A DNA stretch of 64,000 nt from Micrococcales bacterium (GCA_002699445.1 PAAU01000066.1:46584-110583), one strand, 5' to 3'; positions 27,792 to 37,733 are shown, counted from the first letter of the stretch. Numbers and translations are program-made. Notes: generated by a model from the sequence alone, not told the origin.

Positions 27792-28940
27792 GTGCCTACG
27801 GATCAGATGTCACCGGTGCCCGGTAAGTGGGTGGATCCACCGCCGAAACAGACGGCTGAGACTGTTGTTGCGATAGAAAACCGCACCAGAATTGGTGCTG
27901 TCGTCTACTTAACGATTTTGCGCTTCAACGCGGCCCGGGGAACTTTACTTGCCGGGGGCGCTACCTACTACGCCTTTGTAGCTACCTTCTCTATTCTGGC
28001 ACTGATCTTCGCGGGAGTGGCTTATTTGGGAGCCGATGACATTGTCACCTGGGTAGATGAGGTCATTGATAGGTACTTGCCACAACTAATTTCTTCAGAC
28101 GGGCTGAATCCCGAAACTTTGAGGTCAGCCGGTCAAAGTGCTGGCTGGATCGGTGCCCTATTTTTCCTGTACTCGGGAACAGGTGTGGTCAACGCGCTGT
28201 CCGCGGGAATTCACATCATCAATGGTGCCCCTAAAGATCCAAGGAATTATGCATGGAAGAAGATCAGACAACTGGGCTGGCTCTTCATGTTGTTACTACT
28301 GTTAGCCATCTCGGTGACGCCGCTGTTTGTCTTATCTGCGGTAGGGGAGCCGATCAGAGAGTTCTTCGGGGTGGAGAGCACCCCGAATCTCGCCCATGTC
28401 GTCAGTGTGGTGGGCTACGGCCTAACTCTGGTGATCAACTTCTTCAGCATCTACCTTATTTTTAACTTCCTCGGTGGGGTCCGCCCCGAGCGTTACGCGA
28501 TAGTCGTCGGTGCCATATTTGGTGCCATTTCGACGCTCGTACTGCGTGCAGCCATGGTGTACATCCTGACCTGGGCAGTGGAACGCCCGCAGTACGGCGC
28601 ATTTGCGGTCCCAGTGGCAATGCTGCTGAGTTATTACCTGCAGTGGCTGGTGACCTTCTTTGCGGCTGCGCTGTGCGCCGCGGTGGCACTCTACCGAGGT
28701 GGAATCGTTGAAAAAGTCGCTGAGCGCGAAGAAGAACGGCAACAAGGGCACTCGGTCGCAGCAGCCGAGAAAACCGATGAACCTGAGTTTCGCACGCAGA
28801 TTCTGGAGCCCGATGAAGTCGACGAATGGGGGCGGGCATCGCATGCCACTGAGGTCGTCTTCGAGGACGAACCGGATACCGTGGCTGGATCATCTAGCGG
28901 CTCCACCGAAACGGAAAAGATCGTGCGGCGGCCTCACTAG
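27792..28940 (+). CDS. YihY/BrkB-family membrane protein
   Basis: RFNAARGTLLAGGATYYAFVATFS... is the typical YihY N-terminal motif. There are 6 TM segments and an acidic C-terminal tail. Confidence 0.8.
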   Translation: MPTDQMSPVPGKWVDPPPKQTAETVVAIENRTRIGAVVYLTILRFNAARGTLLAGGATYYAFVATFSILALIFAGVAYLGADDIVTWVDEVIDRYLPQLISSDGLNPETLRSAGQSAGWIGALFFLYSGTGVVNALSAGIHIINGAPKDPRNYAWKKIRQLGWLFMLLLLLAISVTPLFVLSAVGEPIREFFGVESTPNLAHVVSVVGYGLTLVINFFSIYLIFNFLGGVRPERYAIVVGAIFGAISTLVLRAAMVYILTWAVERPQYGAFAVPVAMLLSYYLQWLVTFFAAALCAAVALYRGGIVEKVAEREEERQQGHSVAAAEKTDEPEFRTQILEPDEVDEWGRASHATEVVFEDEPDTVAGSSSGSTETEKIVRRPH

Positions 28941-29713
28941 TTGGGAGAGGGTCGATAAACGTCGACTTGAGACACAAGTCGTGGCAATACTTCGCCAATC
29001 GCGCCACGGAGTACCGCTCTCGCTTGTCTGTCGTAGCCGGTTGGTTCACCGTTGAGAATTACGAGATCTGCGCCCGCTTGAATGGCGACATCACACAATC
29101 CAGCTGCGGGAAATACAGCGAGAGATGTTCCGATAGCCAGCGCTAGATCAGATGTACTCGCTGCTGTCATCGCTGCGCCTACGACTCGAGGGTCAAGCTG
29201 CTGCCCGAATGCGACGGTATCGGTTCTCAAGATTCCGCCGCAGCGAAAACAGTGGGGATCGTCTTCGCCAGACTGAAAGCGGGTTATGGCCTCATCGATA
29301 GAACGGCGGTCGTCACAATCCAGACAGCGAGACTGCCAGAATGTTCCGTGCAGTTCCAGTACATTGCGGCTCCCAGCTCGTTGCTGTAGTTCATCGATGT
29401 TCTGAGTGGCAATGGTGATGTCGCGACCTGTCCGACTCAGATCAACCAATGCTTGATGACCACGGTTTGGTTCGGCAGTGAGTATCGGGCTGGAGCTTCG
29501 CATTTCCCAGGCGGCGAGCCGTACAGCGGGATCCTCGATGTAAGCCTGGAGGTCAAAAATCCGTTGGGATGCCGGGTTTGTTCGCCAGAGACCCTGTGGA
29601 CCCCGGAAGTCCTGAATCCCAGATTCAGTGGACATGCCGGCCCCGGCAAGAACAAAAATTCGCCGAGCACGATTAAGTAGAGCCAACACTTGCGGTTCGA
29701 TGTTGTCATCCAC
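28937..29713 (-). CDS. cobB: NAD-dependent protein deacylase (Sir2 family)
   Basis: Contains GAGMSTESGIQDFRG, QNIDELQ, HG, and the zinc ribbon CLDC...CFRCGG. Confidence 0.85.
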   Translation of the reverse strand: MDDNIEPQVLALLNRARRIFVLAGAGMSTESGIQDFRGPQGLWRTNPASQRIFDLQAYIEDPAVRLAAWEMRSSSPILTAEPNRGHQALVDLSRTGRDITIATQNIDELQQRAGSRNVLELHGTFWQSRCLDCDDRRSIDEAITRFQSGEDDPHCFRCGGILRTDTVAFGQQLDPRVVGAAMTAASTSDLALAIGTSLAVFPAAGLCDVAIQAGADLVILNGEPTGYDRQARAVLRGAIGEVLPRLVSQVDVYRPSPN

Positions 29714-29809
29714 TGGTGCTCACACTAGCGTTGCGAAACCGGTGAGGCATTGGCTTAGTTGGCGAGGTGAGCGACAGAGTGGGAACGTACAAGAATGAAG
29801 GAGAGCGAA

Positions 29810-30043
29810 ATGCGAACTGATGTTTCTGTTGCGGGCATGACTTGCGATCACTGTGTCACAGCGGTGAGCGACGAGTTGGGCAAAATACGAGGTGTGACTC
29901 GGGTTGAAGTGGTTCTCGCTGAAGCTGGACCCAGTTCAGTCGCCATTGAAGCGGATTCGGATCTCGACCGGGCTGCAGTTGCATCAGCAATTTCGGAGGC
30001 TGGATATGAACTTGTCGACGCAGATTGGGACTCACCTTCGTGA
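29810..30043 (+). CDS. Heavy-metal-associated (HMA) domain protein, CopZ-like
   Basis: Contains VAGMTCDHCVTAV (the GMTCxxC motif). ATG 29810 lies 4-7 nt after GAAGGAGAG; the track start is 29795. Confidence 0.75.
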   Translation: MRTDVSVAGMTCDHCVTAVSDELGKIRGVTRVEVVLAEAGPSSVAIEADSDLDRAAVASAISEAGYELVDADWDSPS

Positions 30044-31230
30044 TCACTAAGAGGTTTGGCCGCACCAATCTGCAGATCCCAGTCTTGAGTATGGGAGGGA
30101 TGCGTTTCCAGCAATCTTGGCGCGACTCAGGCCAAGAGATAGAAGCTGGGGCCCAACGACGTTTAGAGAAAACAGTCCGGCGAGGTATCGATCTGGGAAT
30201 TAATCACATCGAAACTGCGCGAGGATATGGAACGTCCGAACGCCAGTTGGGTTTGCTGTTGCCTCAACTGGATCGTGAGAAATTGATTGTCCAAACCAAG
30301 ATTGCCCCGAGCCCGGAATCTGCTGAATTCGCTGGCCATGTGGAGGAGTCATTGAGAAGACTGCAGCTAGATCGGGTAGATCTTCTCGCCATACATGGCA
30401 TTAATACCTTTGAAAAGTTGTGGTGGGCGGTTCGCCCGGGTGGCTGTCTTGAAATTGCGAGGCGGATGCAACAAGCGGGTCGAGTGGGTCACGTTGGCTT
30501 CTCCACTCACGGGTCCCTTGAGCTGATTCAGACTGCACTGCGTCACGAGCAGAACGGTGGCTTCGACTATGTGAATCTCCATTGGTACTACATCTGGCAG
30601 TACAACTGGCCAGCGATCCTCACCGCAGCTGAGCGTGATATTGGTGTCTTCATCATTAGCCCTTCAGACAAGGGAGGGCGATTGTATGACCCGCCGCAAA
30701 AGCTTGTGGAGCTTTGCGAGCCGTTGCACCCACTTGCCTTCAACACTTTGTTTTGTTTGTCACGACCTGAGGTCCACACGTTGAGCTTGGGCGCGGGAAG
30801 TCCCGCAGACTTTGACCTTGCTGTAGATGCGCTGGACCTCTTCGATTCCGCCGCTCAACTTCTGCCAGACATCGAGCAGCGGCTTGCAGCGAGTATGAAG
30901 GAGGTTGTGGGGCCAGCTGGAGTGCCCGGATTGCTGAAGGGAATTCCGGACTGGGAGTCAGCTCCTGGTTATGTGAATGTTCGGGTGATCATCTGGCTTC
31001 GAGCGCTAGTACTGGCGTACGGAATGACTGACTATGCGCGCGAACGCTACAACATGCTGGGTAACGCTGCCGACTGGTTTCCCGGAGCCAATGCAGCTGC
31101 AGTCGACCAAATGGAATTTGGTAAGGCTGTTCGTCATTCACCGCACCGGGACCACATCGTCGAGTGGTTGGCCGAAGTGCATCATCTGCTCGCCGATGAG
31201 CGGCAAGTCCGACTCTCGGAGTCTGAGTGA
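30040..31230 (+). CDS. Aldo/keto reductase-family oxidoreductase (long form, about 396 aa)
   Basis: Contains LSMGGMRF, GINHIETARGYGTSE and HGIN. GTG 30040 overlaps the HMA gene stop (GTGA); the track start is TTG 30025. Confidence 0.75.
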   Translation: MITKRFGRTNLQIPVLSMGGMRFQQSWRDSGQEIEAGAQRRLEKTVRRGIDLGINHIETARGYGTSERQLGLLLPQLDREKLIVQTKIAPSPESAEFAGHVEESLRRLQLDRVDLLAIHGINTFEKLWWAVRPGGCLEIARRMQQAGRVGHVGFSTHGSLELIQTALRHEQNGGFDYVNLHWYYIWQYNWPAILTAAERDIGVFIISPSDKGGRLYDPPQKLVELCEPLHPLAFNTLFCLSRPEVHTLSLGAGSPADFDLAVDALDLFDSAAQLLPDIEQRLAASMKEVVGPAGVPGLLKGIPDWESAPGYVNVRVIIWLRALVLAYGMTDYARERYNMLGNAADWFPGANAAAVDQMEFGKAVRHSPHRDHIVEWLAEVHHLLADERQVRLSESE

Positions 31231-31352
31231 GCTTGCGAGTCAAGAATCTGTGTCCCGCGGGCCGGTTGAGGCGAGCCTGTCCACCAAACGGGTGAAACCA
31301 TGTTGCACAAGTTTTGCAACAGTTCTACATTAAAGGTGTTCAAGGAGGAACC

Positions 31353-31556
31353 ATGAATCTCATGTATAAGGTGAAGCACTACACCAATAAGGTTCTCTAC
31401 ACTTTTTTCGGGCCCGCCGAACTGGATGAGCACAACGATCCAGTACTCCGGATGAATCGGGAATACGCCGAGAAACTCGGCAAATTGCCCGCCGCTTCCG
31501 AAGAACGTGCGGAGGACGCTATCGAGAGCGCTTCTAAGGTGAAAGCCATCGCGTGA
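31353..31556 (+). CDS. Small hypothetical protein (67 aa)
   Basis: A strong SD (AAGGAGGAACC) precedes ATG 31353. A clean terminator follows directly downstream. I recognised no family. Confidence 0.5.
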   Translation: MNLMYKVKHYTNKVLYTFFGPAELDEHNDPVLRMNREYAEKLGKLPAASEERAEDAIESASKVKAIA

Positions 31557-31570
31557 CCAGATTTATAAGG

Positions 31571-31606
31571 CCCGGCGGTTCCCTCGAGGAGCCGTCGGGT
31601 TTTTTA
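31571..31606 (+). terminator. Intrinsic terminator
   Basis: CCCGGCGG...CCGTCGGG forms the stem, with one G-U pair and an inner CCTCGAGG palindrome. It is followed by TTTTTTA. Confidence 0.65.
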
Positions 31607-33196
31607 TCGAGGGGGCCGAGGAAGTGGTAACTGACGGCTCTCCTGTTGCAATCCAAAAATAGGGTCTGGAAGGGGAGCGGCGGCGCATGTCGCATCAGCC
31701 GCTTTTCCTGATTTCCGCCTTGGGAGCGTCCCATCCGCTAGGTACCTTGAAACAGTCTTTTCAACACACCGATTACCTTCGAGCGATACGGCGTGGCCAC
31801 TTTCGCCTTGGATTGCGAGCAATCGTGACCGCTGGAAGATTTTACGGACCTTCAGACTGCCCGAATACGGCGTCGGAGCGTCAAGCGTCCCGCTGACAAG
31901 GAGTATCGGTGGGACTCTCTTACCCTTGACAGTGAACCTTTCGTTGGGCTTGGCTGGCCAATATCTGCAGGGGTAGTTGTACCAAGCATTCGCCCAGGTC
32001 ATGAGTGGGGCCACGGAGTAGGTAGCCCAGTTGTCGGTGGCCCAAGTACTCCATTTTCTCGGCCATGGGGCATCGGTGCACTGGACACTGTTGTAGACCG
32101 CGTAGCCATTGTCGTCGCCGAAGGTCCCACTGTCTCGATAGGCCTGGATGAGTGGTTGCGAGCGTCCCCTGCGTACGTACTGGCTAAATGCCGTAGCCAG
32201 ATTTTCCCAGGTTGAGGTGCTGTATCCAACACTCAAGAAGATGTCGATCCATTCAGCCGGCCCGATCTTTCCTCCGGCGGGCGCAGTCTCGAGCTGTTTC
32301 TGAGTCTCGGTAAACGTCTTATTGACTTCAGCTCCGGTGGCGCCGAGTTGGTAGAGAGACTCGTATTTTGCAATCCAGTCGAACCACAATTCGAACACCT
32401 TTTGAAATCCAACGTCTTGATCCAGGTTGGCCTCGTAGAAGGCCCTTCGTGGGTTCACGTTGCTGTCGAAGACTTGCCGACGGACTCGCTGCGGGAACAG
32501 GGTGCTATAGGTCTGACCAAGATATGTGCCGTAAGAAAATCCGTAGAAGTTGATCTTGCTGACGCCAAGGGCCTTTCTTATCGACTCCATATCGCGGGCA
32601 CTATTCACTGTGCTCATATGAGAAAGAATCTTGCCGTTCTTCCGACAGTCCTCGGCGTAGTCCCGGGTTCTTTGGAACCAAGCATCTCGATTTTCAGTCG
32701 GGATTGGAAAGTAGTTAGGTCGGTTAAAGCCGAAGTAATTGCGATCACAACGCACAGCCGGCCGACTTGCGCCGACCCCTCTGGGATCAAATCCGATCCA
32801 GTCGTAGGTCTTAGCCACTCGATTGGGTAGTAGTGATCCTAAAGTTGACCAAGGTCGACCTTCGCCGCCGGGCCCCCCGGGATTGACTAGCACTACGCCT
32901 TGGTAGCCGGATGGCTTGACACGATTTCGGATTCTGGATAGTGCCAGGCTGATCGTCTTGCCATCCGGGCGGCTGTAGTCAAGCGGGACACGGAGTTTCG
33001 CACAGTCCGCACCCTGTGATGCCAGGAGGCCGCTTCGGCAGGGTCGCCAAGAGAGTGAGCCAACAGGTCCGCGATTTGGGTCCTGTTCCATGGTCGGCGC
33101 TGTCGATATGGCAACTTGGCGAGCCGAAGCCGGCGCAATCAACAGACCGGCCACGAAGAAGCCGGCCACACTAATAGCCAAAATCCGTTTTCCCAC
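31604..33196 (-). CDS. Secreted alpha/beta hydrolase, S33 tripeptidyl-aminopeptidase-like (paralogue of 11465-13000)
   Basis: Signal peptide present. Contains NPGGPGGEG, the nucleophile elbow GFSYGTYLG and the C-terminal SGHA. Confidence 0.8.
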   Translation of the reverse strand: MGKRILAISVAGFFVAGLLIAPASARQVAISTAPTMEQDPNRGPVGSLSWRPCRSGLLASQGADCAKLRVPLDYSRPDGKTISLALSRIRNRVKPSGYQGVVLVNPGGPGGEGRPWSTLGSLLPNRVAKTYDWIGFDPRGVGASRPAVRCDRNYFGFNRPNYFPIPTENRDAWFQRTRDYAEDCRKNGKILSHMSTVNSARDMESIRKALGVSKINFYGFSYGTYLGQTYSTLFPQRVRRQVFDSNVNPRRAFYEANLDQDVGFQKVFELWFDWIAKYESLYQLGATGAEVNKTFTETQKQLETAPAGGKIGPAEWIDIFLSVGYSTSTWENLATAFSQYVRRGRSQPLIQAYRDSGTFGDDNGYAVYNSVQCTDAPWPRKWSTWATDNWATYSVAPLMTWANAWYNYPCRYWPAKPNERFTVKGKRVPPILLVSGTLDAPTPYSGSLKVRKIFQRSRLLAIQGESGHAVSLEGNRCVEKTVSRYLADGTLPRRKSGKAADATCAAAPLPDPIFGLQQESRQLPLPRPPR

Positions 33197-33312
33197 GACA
33201 CCATCCCTCAGTGATATCGGAGCCTATCTCTTTCAGAGTTAGGGCGTAAGGCTTTGCTTGCGAGCGTGAGTTCGATCAAGTGCCGCGGTTGATGAAACGC
33301 TAGATTACCGAT

Positions 33313-34542
33313 ATGTCGAAATACGCGTTCTTTGGTCGTTCGGTCTTTCCATTTCACCTGCTGGCCATGGCTGCAGTTGGGGCGCTGATACTAGGAGGCG
33401 CTTCAGCGATGGCTGCCCCGCAAGACGACGACGCCGGGTCCGTGGATGAAAACGTCCAGGTTGGAAAGGGTTTCTCTGCACCAGAGCCGCCTGTTGCGGT
33501 ATTAGAAATGGCACAGCACCGCAAAAGCCGAAAGACACTCATGAGTGGGTACTTCACCCAGTACAAAAGGGAAGCAGCGCCGGGTCTTATCAGGATCACA
33601 GCTAACGGTGCTCAGGACCCGTTGTTCAACGTAGGTGATGGTCTGGACGGACCGGCGACCGCCATCGTTCCGCTACGTGACGGCGGTGCATACATCGGGG
33701 GGGCATTTCAAACGTACGATGGTCAGCAGTTCGGCAATCTCATTCGGATCGGTCGCGATGGCGCACTAGATACCGACTATCAGCCAGCTGGGTTTAATGA
33801 TGACATCTCGGCCATGACGCTACTCCCAGATGGGAGTCTCGTCGTTGCTGGTTTCTTTACGCTCTTTGGAAGTCAGCCGGTAGCCGGTGGCCTGGCTAGG
33901 TTGAATCCAGATGGAACGCTGGATTCAACCTTCGAGTCGCCCGACGGTACCCCACGCGGGACCATTGAGAGCCTGCTCACCGTTGGCAAAAATAGGGTCC
34001 TCGTCGGAGGGATTTTTGAAGACTATGGCACGACTAGAGTTAACGGGATCGCGCGGATTCGAACGGATGGGACGCTTGACGAGAGCTTCAAGACCGGACG
34101 CGGTTTTTCTCCGGTGTCCGGAACGCTGGGTGTGTATCAGTTCACCAAGTTCCGCAAGGGCTATCTGGTGGGTGGAGCGTTTAGCAAGTACCGCAGCCAG
34201 AAAACAGGGAACTTAGTCCTTATTTCAAAGGAAGGGCGCCCTTCCAAGAAATTTCGGGCCAAGTCCGGGTTCGACGGTCAGGTCAACTCGATCGCAATTC
34301 AGGCTAATAACCGAGTCATTGCAGTAGGGAACTTTAGCAATTACCGAAATAAATCTGCGCCAGGAATAGTCCGCTTGAGGGAGGACGGTTTACTGGACAA
34401 CTCATTCCAGGCGGGAAAAGGCTTTAACGCCTCAGTTTCGGAGTCTCTGCTGCGGTCAGACGGCTCTCTACTCGTCGGTGGATTCTTTAATCGCTACGAC
34501 GGACAGTTGTCACCGGCACTCGTTGGAATCCAAACGAAGTGA
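33313..34542 (+). CDS. Secreted beta-propeller repeat protein (delta-60/DUF5122-like repeats)
   Basis: After the signal peptide, motifs of about 50 aa recur: R(I/L)..DG(T/A)LD..F....GF...V..(L/I). Examples are RLNPDGTLDSTFESPDG and RIRTDGTLDESFKTGRGF. Confidence 0.6.
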   Translation: MSKYAFFGRSVFPFHLLAMAAVGALILGGASAMAAPQDDDAGSVDENVQVGKGFSAPEPPVAVLEMAQHRKSRKTLMSGYFTQYKREAAPGLIRITANGAQDPLFNVGDGLDGPATAIVPLRDGGAYIGGAFQTYDGQQFGNLIRIGRDGALDTDYQPAGFNDDISAMTLLPDGSLVVAGFFTLFGSQPVAGGLARLNPDGTLDSTFESPDGTPRGTIESLLTVGKNRVLVGGIFEDYGTTRVNGIARIRTDGTLDESFKTGRGFSPVSGTLGVYQFTKFRKGYLVGGAFSKYRSQKTGNLVLISKEGRPSKKFRAKSGFDGQVNSIAIQANNRVIAVGNFSNYRNKSAPGIVRLREDGLLDNSFQAGKGFNASVSESLLRSDGSLLVGGFFNRYDGQLSPALVGIQTK

Positions 34543-34561
34543 GAGCTGTAGCTGTTTCGGT

Positions 34562-35701
34562 TCACAGCGCGGGTTGAGGAATGTTCGCGGTACGTGGGGA
34601 TGTTACGAGACGGCCTTCGCGCAACGACTCATAGATGTGACCTGGGCCGGTGCGTTGCGCCAAGAACCAGGGCGACATCTCTGAGGAAGAAAAATGCTGC
34701 ACGTGTTCCCCGGTTGGGCCACCTCGGCTCGCGATGAGTTTCTCCTTGACCATGGAGTTGTATTGGGTGCCACTTGATTCAGGTGTATTGGAGTTCAGTA
34801 CCACCTCAAAGCCGGACTCTCGTGAGTAGTTCCGGAGACCAGGAATGGACGACGCGGCAGGATCGTACGCTTCTGGCATCATGCCATTCTCCGACGAAGT
34901 CCATACTCCGCTAGAGGTATTGAGCACTATGGTGTGATTTCCGATCGTGTGTCCAGGAGTGGCAACCAGCGCAACACCAGGCCCAAGGAGCACATCATTA
35001 TCGAGAGCGATGATGTTGTCTTCGCGGACTGCTGCGTGGCTCTCGCCCTGAAACCATCGTTGCTGGAGAGGATGCTCCTGCGGGAATTGTTCCCACTCGG
35101 GCCGCATGATGAGCAACTGGGCGTTCGGGAACATGGGCGGGATGGGCTCATCCTTGGGGGCGAGACCGGCCTTAGCGAGTTCAGGTTGAGGCTCCCGAGT
35201 GCCCAACCAGCGGCGCAAGTCCTGGGTGTGGAGATGATCGAATGTGATGTAGTCAATGTCTTCTGGGCTGAGTCCGAGTTCGTTCAAGTGTTCCAGCGGG
35301 GTTGGATAGCGCTTGAGTACGAAGTCGGCGACGGGCCCTGGTAACTTTCCGCTCAGATTTTCGAAGTATGCGGTATTCCCCGCTAGGTCGACGTCAGTCG
35401 GGCCGATGAGCATAGTCCGCAAATGATTCTCGAAGTCATAAAATTGCACAATCAACATGCGGTTGGTGATGCGAACAAAGGGACTTGCGAGCCGGGAATG
35501 GGCACGAAACAACGCGTACTCGGTGGGATAGGGCAAACCGACAAGGTCGAACGTAGCTACCGCACGAACGCGACCGCTCTTGAGGAACCAATTGTGGAAA
35601 GCTGGGCCAGCTTCGCGAATAGCCTCGAGTTGTTTCCCGAGTTGCGGGATACGGTTAGCGTCGTCAAAGATGTCAATGTCTTGAAAGTGTTGTTGACTCA
35701 C
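34562..35701 (-). CDS. Hypothetical protein, possibly metallo-beta-lactamase-fold
   Basis: Contains ITFDHLHTQD (HxHxxD-like) and ATPGHTIGNH. This is a weak motif-level call. Confidence 0.45.
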   Translation of the reverse strand: MSQQHFQDIDIFDDANRIPQLGKQLEAIREAGPAFHNWFLKSGRVRAVATFDLVGLPYPTEYALFRAHSRLASPFVRITNRMLIVQFYDFENHLRTMLIGPTDVDLAGNTAYFENLSGKLPGPVADFVLKRYPTPLEHLNELGLSPEDIDYITFDHLHTQDLRRWLGTREPQPELAKAGLAPKDEPIPPMFPNAQLLIMRPEWEQFPQEHPLQQRWFQGESHAAVREDNIIALDNDVLLGPGVALVATPGHTIGNHTIVLNTSSGVWTSSENGMMPEAYDPAASSIPGLRNYSRESGFEVVLNSNTPESSGTQYNSMVKEKLIASRGGPTGEHVQHFSSSEMSPWFLAQRTGPGHIYESLREGRLVTSPRTANIPQPAL

Positions 35702-35772
35702 AAACTCTCCTCGCCCTGTCGATCATCTTTAGTCTATGCCCGAAGCGAAAGATTGGCAGTGAGCTCGCGACG

Positions 35773-36831
35773 CTATTGAGTGAGCAGCCAGGTCAAGCAG
35801 CCAGTCGCCCCGATTGCTATCGCCACACCAGGCCAGTGCAGTACCGATGGCTGAGCTGGCTCGTACGACGTTTGAGTGGCCGGGCGAAACAGCGAGGGCA
35901 GGAGCGCAGCTCCCACCAAAAGTGTCCCGGGGTCGAACGGAATCTCCCACCGATCGGAGGTGACCCTCGAACCAAAGGTAATTCCCAGTACTCCCGCCCC
36001 AAGATTCAATCCGTCAACCCGGTAGTCAGAAACCTTCCGGCGTGATTGCAGCGCCGCCGTTCGGACTAGGAACGGCAGGACCATCAGCCCAAGACCCGCG
36101 GCGATCGGTTGTGTTGCGTCCACTTGACTGCCGATGATCGAGCAAGCAAATCCGATCCCCATGAGTAATCGGTAGCGACCAGGCTCCAACGCTGGGAGCA
36201 GAGTCATGGCAAGCGTCGAACTAGCGAGCAGGGTGAACACGATGGTGGCCGGTGACCAAGTCGCAGCGGTGCTAAGCCCATCGATATTGGTCCAAGAGGG
36301 TAGGGCACCCAACGTGACGATGAGCCAAAGACTCCCCGTAGTTGAGCCGCGAGATGGTGAAGACGGGGCGGTTAACGCCAATAGTGCCAGTGCCGAAGTA
36401 AGCGCAACAGTTGCCCAGGTGGGAGCTTGCGGCCCACCACCAGCGATCAGAATGATGCCCTTCAACCCGATGGTCAATCCTGCACCCACCGCGAGGGTGG
36501 CACCAAAGAGATCAGGCGACAGTTTGCTATTGGTGATGTCCGCAAGACTGATCGTGAGAGCGAGCAAGCTCAGCGACAGACTTAGTATCGCGATGGATCC
36601 CCCCCAAGCTTCGGTCGCTCCGACGGCAATTGCTGCCGCCAAGAGTGAGGCACGAAGCGCCTCACCTTGCAGAATTCGTCGCAGGGGCAAAGCGAGGATC
36701 GGCGCGGCACCGGCTGCGAGCATGACGATTGGTTGCGCAGCAAGGTTGGGGAGAGCAAGATCCAGCGAGTAAAGAGTCGCCGTGAGCGTTAGCGCGGCCG
36801 ACAGCACCTGCCGAGGGTCAGGAGCGGGCAT
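35773..36831 (-). CDS. Polytopic membrane protein of unknown function (about 10 TM)
   Basis: The sequence is Ala/Leu/Gly-rich and hydrophobic throughout. Its ATG overlaps the upstream gene stop (TAATG). Confidence 0.5.
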   Translation of the reverse strand: MPAPDPRQVLSAALTLTATLYSLDLALPNLAAQPIVMLAAGAAPILALPLRRILQGEALRASLLAAAIAVGATEAWGGSIAILSLSLSLLALTISLADITNSKLSPDLFGATLAVGAGLTIGLKGIILIAGGGPQAPTWATVALTSALALLALTAPSSPSRGSTTGSLWLIVTLGALPSWTNIDGLSTAATWSPATIVFTLLASSTLAMTLLPALEPGRYRLLMGIGFACSIIGSQVDATQPIAAGLGLMVLPFLVRTAALQSRRKVSDYRVDGLNLGAGVLGITFGSRVTSDRWEIPFDPGTLLVGAALLPSLFRPATQTSYEPAQPSVLHWPGVAIAIGATGCLTWLLTQ

Positions 36832-37289
36832 TATTCACCCGGATTACAGGCTGCCAGCATTGTGCGTTCCAGGCCGACCTCGGGTCGCCAAACCTCGAGA
36901 TCCCAGGTTGGTTTTCCGCGACCGACGATGGACAGCGGGTGACAAAGAAATTGCTGGCGCAAATGAGCACGGTCGGGAACCCCCTGTCGAACAGCCTGCC
37001 GCCATGCTTGCTGCATGCCCTCCCAGTCAGCTAGCCGGCCCGCCTTAGTGGGCCGTACTCGATAGACCAAACCCTCCATTTCTTCGACTTCGGATATTGA
37101 CGCGATGTATACGGGCGGCTTATTACGGTTGTTTGCGGATGCAGCGGACTTGTCAGACCCTTCAGGTCCGGGTCTGATGCTTTCCTTTTTTGGGGTACTT
37201 CCGGGGGTGTTGTCTCTATCGGAGAAATAGGAGTAGCCAAGCCAGGAGACCGCGATGATCAGCGCCAGCGTAATGGGACGTCGCAACAT
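36831..37289 (-). CDS. Secreted or anchored small protein, DUF2599-like
   Basis: An N-terminal TM or signal segment is present. The C-terminus reads LRQQFLCHPLSIVGRGKPTWDLEVWRPEVG, which resembles the DUF2599 core (QxxCH...WNLExxRP). This comparison is from memory. Confidence 0.5.
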   Translation of the reverse strand: MLRRPITLALIIAVSWLGYSYFSDRDNTPGSTPKKESIRPGPEGSDKSAASANNRNKPPVYIASISEVEEMEGLVYRVRPTKAGRLADWEGMQQAWRQAVRQGVPDRAHLRQQFLCHPLSIVGRGKPTWDLEVWRPEVGLERTMLAACNPGE

Positions 37290-37394
37290 GATCCTCCGAT
37301 CTCCTTAATCTAAGCCTATGTCCTGTTTGGCAGTCGAGGGTTGTAGCGATCGCGATTTGCGGTCCAGTGGCGCAAGATGGAGACAGGAGGCGAT

Positions 37395-37733
37395 ATGACT
37401 TTTGTAGCAATCAACGTTCTTGCGGTGCCGGAGGGAGCGGGGTCGAAACTAGAAGAGCGCTTCAGCGGACGCGCCGGCGCTGTTGATCAGGCTCCCGGAT
37501 TTCTCAGTTTTGAGTTGCTCCGCCCGCTTTCTGGTTCGAGCGACTATATGGTCGTGACCCATTGGAGATCGCAACAGGACTTCCAAGATTGGACTGCGTC
37601 ACAGTCCTTTAGACATGGGCATGCGTCTGCTGCCGGTCGACCGTCAGATCGCGCTCCGACCGCGAGCGGGTCGGAAATCATGACCTTTGAGGTAGCCCAG
37701 CGATCTGGTGGTGTTACGGATAAGTCTGACTAG
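37395..37733 (+). CDS. Antibiotic-biosynthesis-monooxygenase (ABM) domain protein, MhuD/IsdG-like
   Basis: Translation begins MTFVAINVLAVPEGAGSKLEERF...GFLSFELLRP...YMVVTHWRSQQDFQDW. An SD (GGAGG) lies 4 nt upstream of the ATG. Confidence 0.75.
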   Translation: MTFVAINVLAVPEGAGSKLEERFSGRAGAVDQAPGFLSFELLRPLSGSSDYMVVTHWRSQQDFQDWTASQSFRHGHASAAGRPSDRAPTASGSEIMTFEVAQRSGGVTDKSD

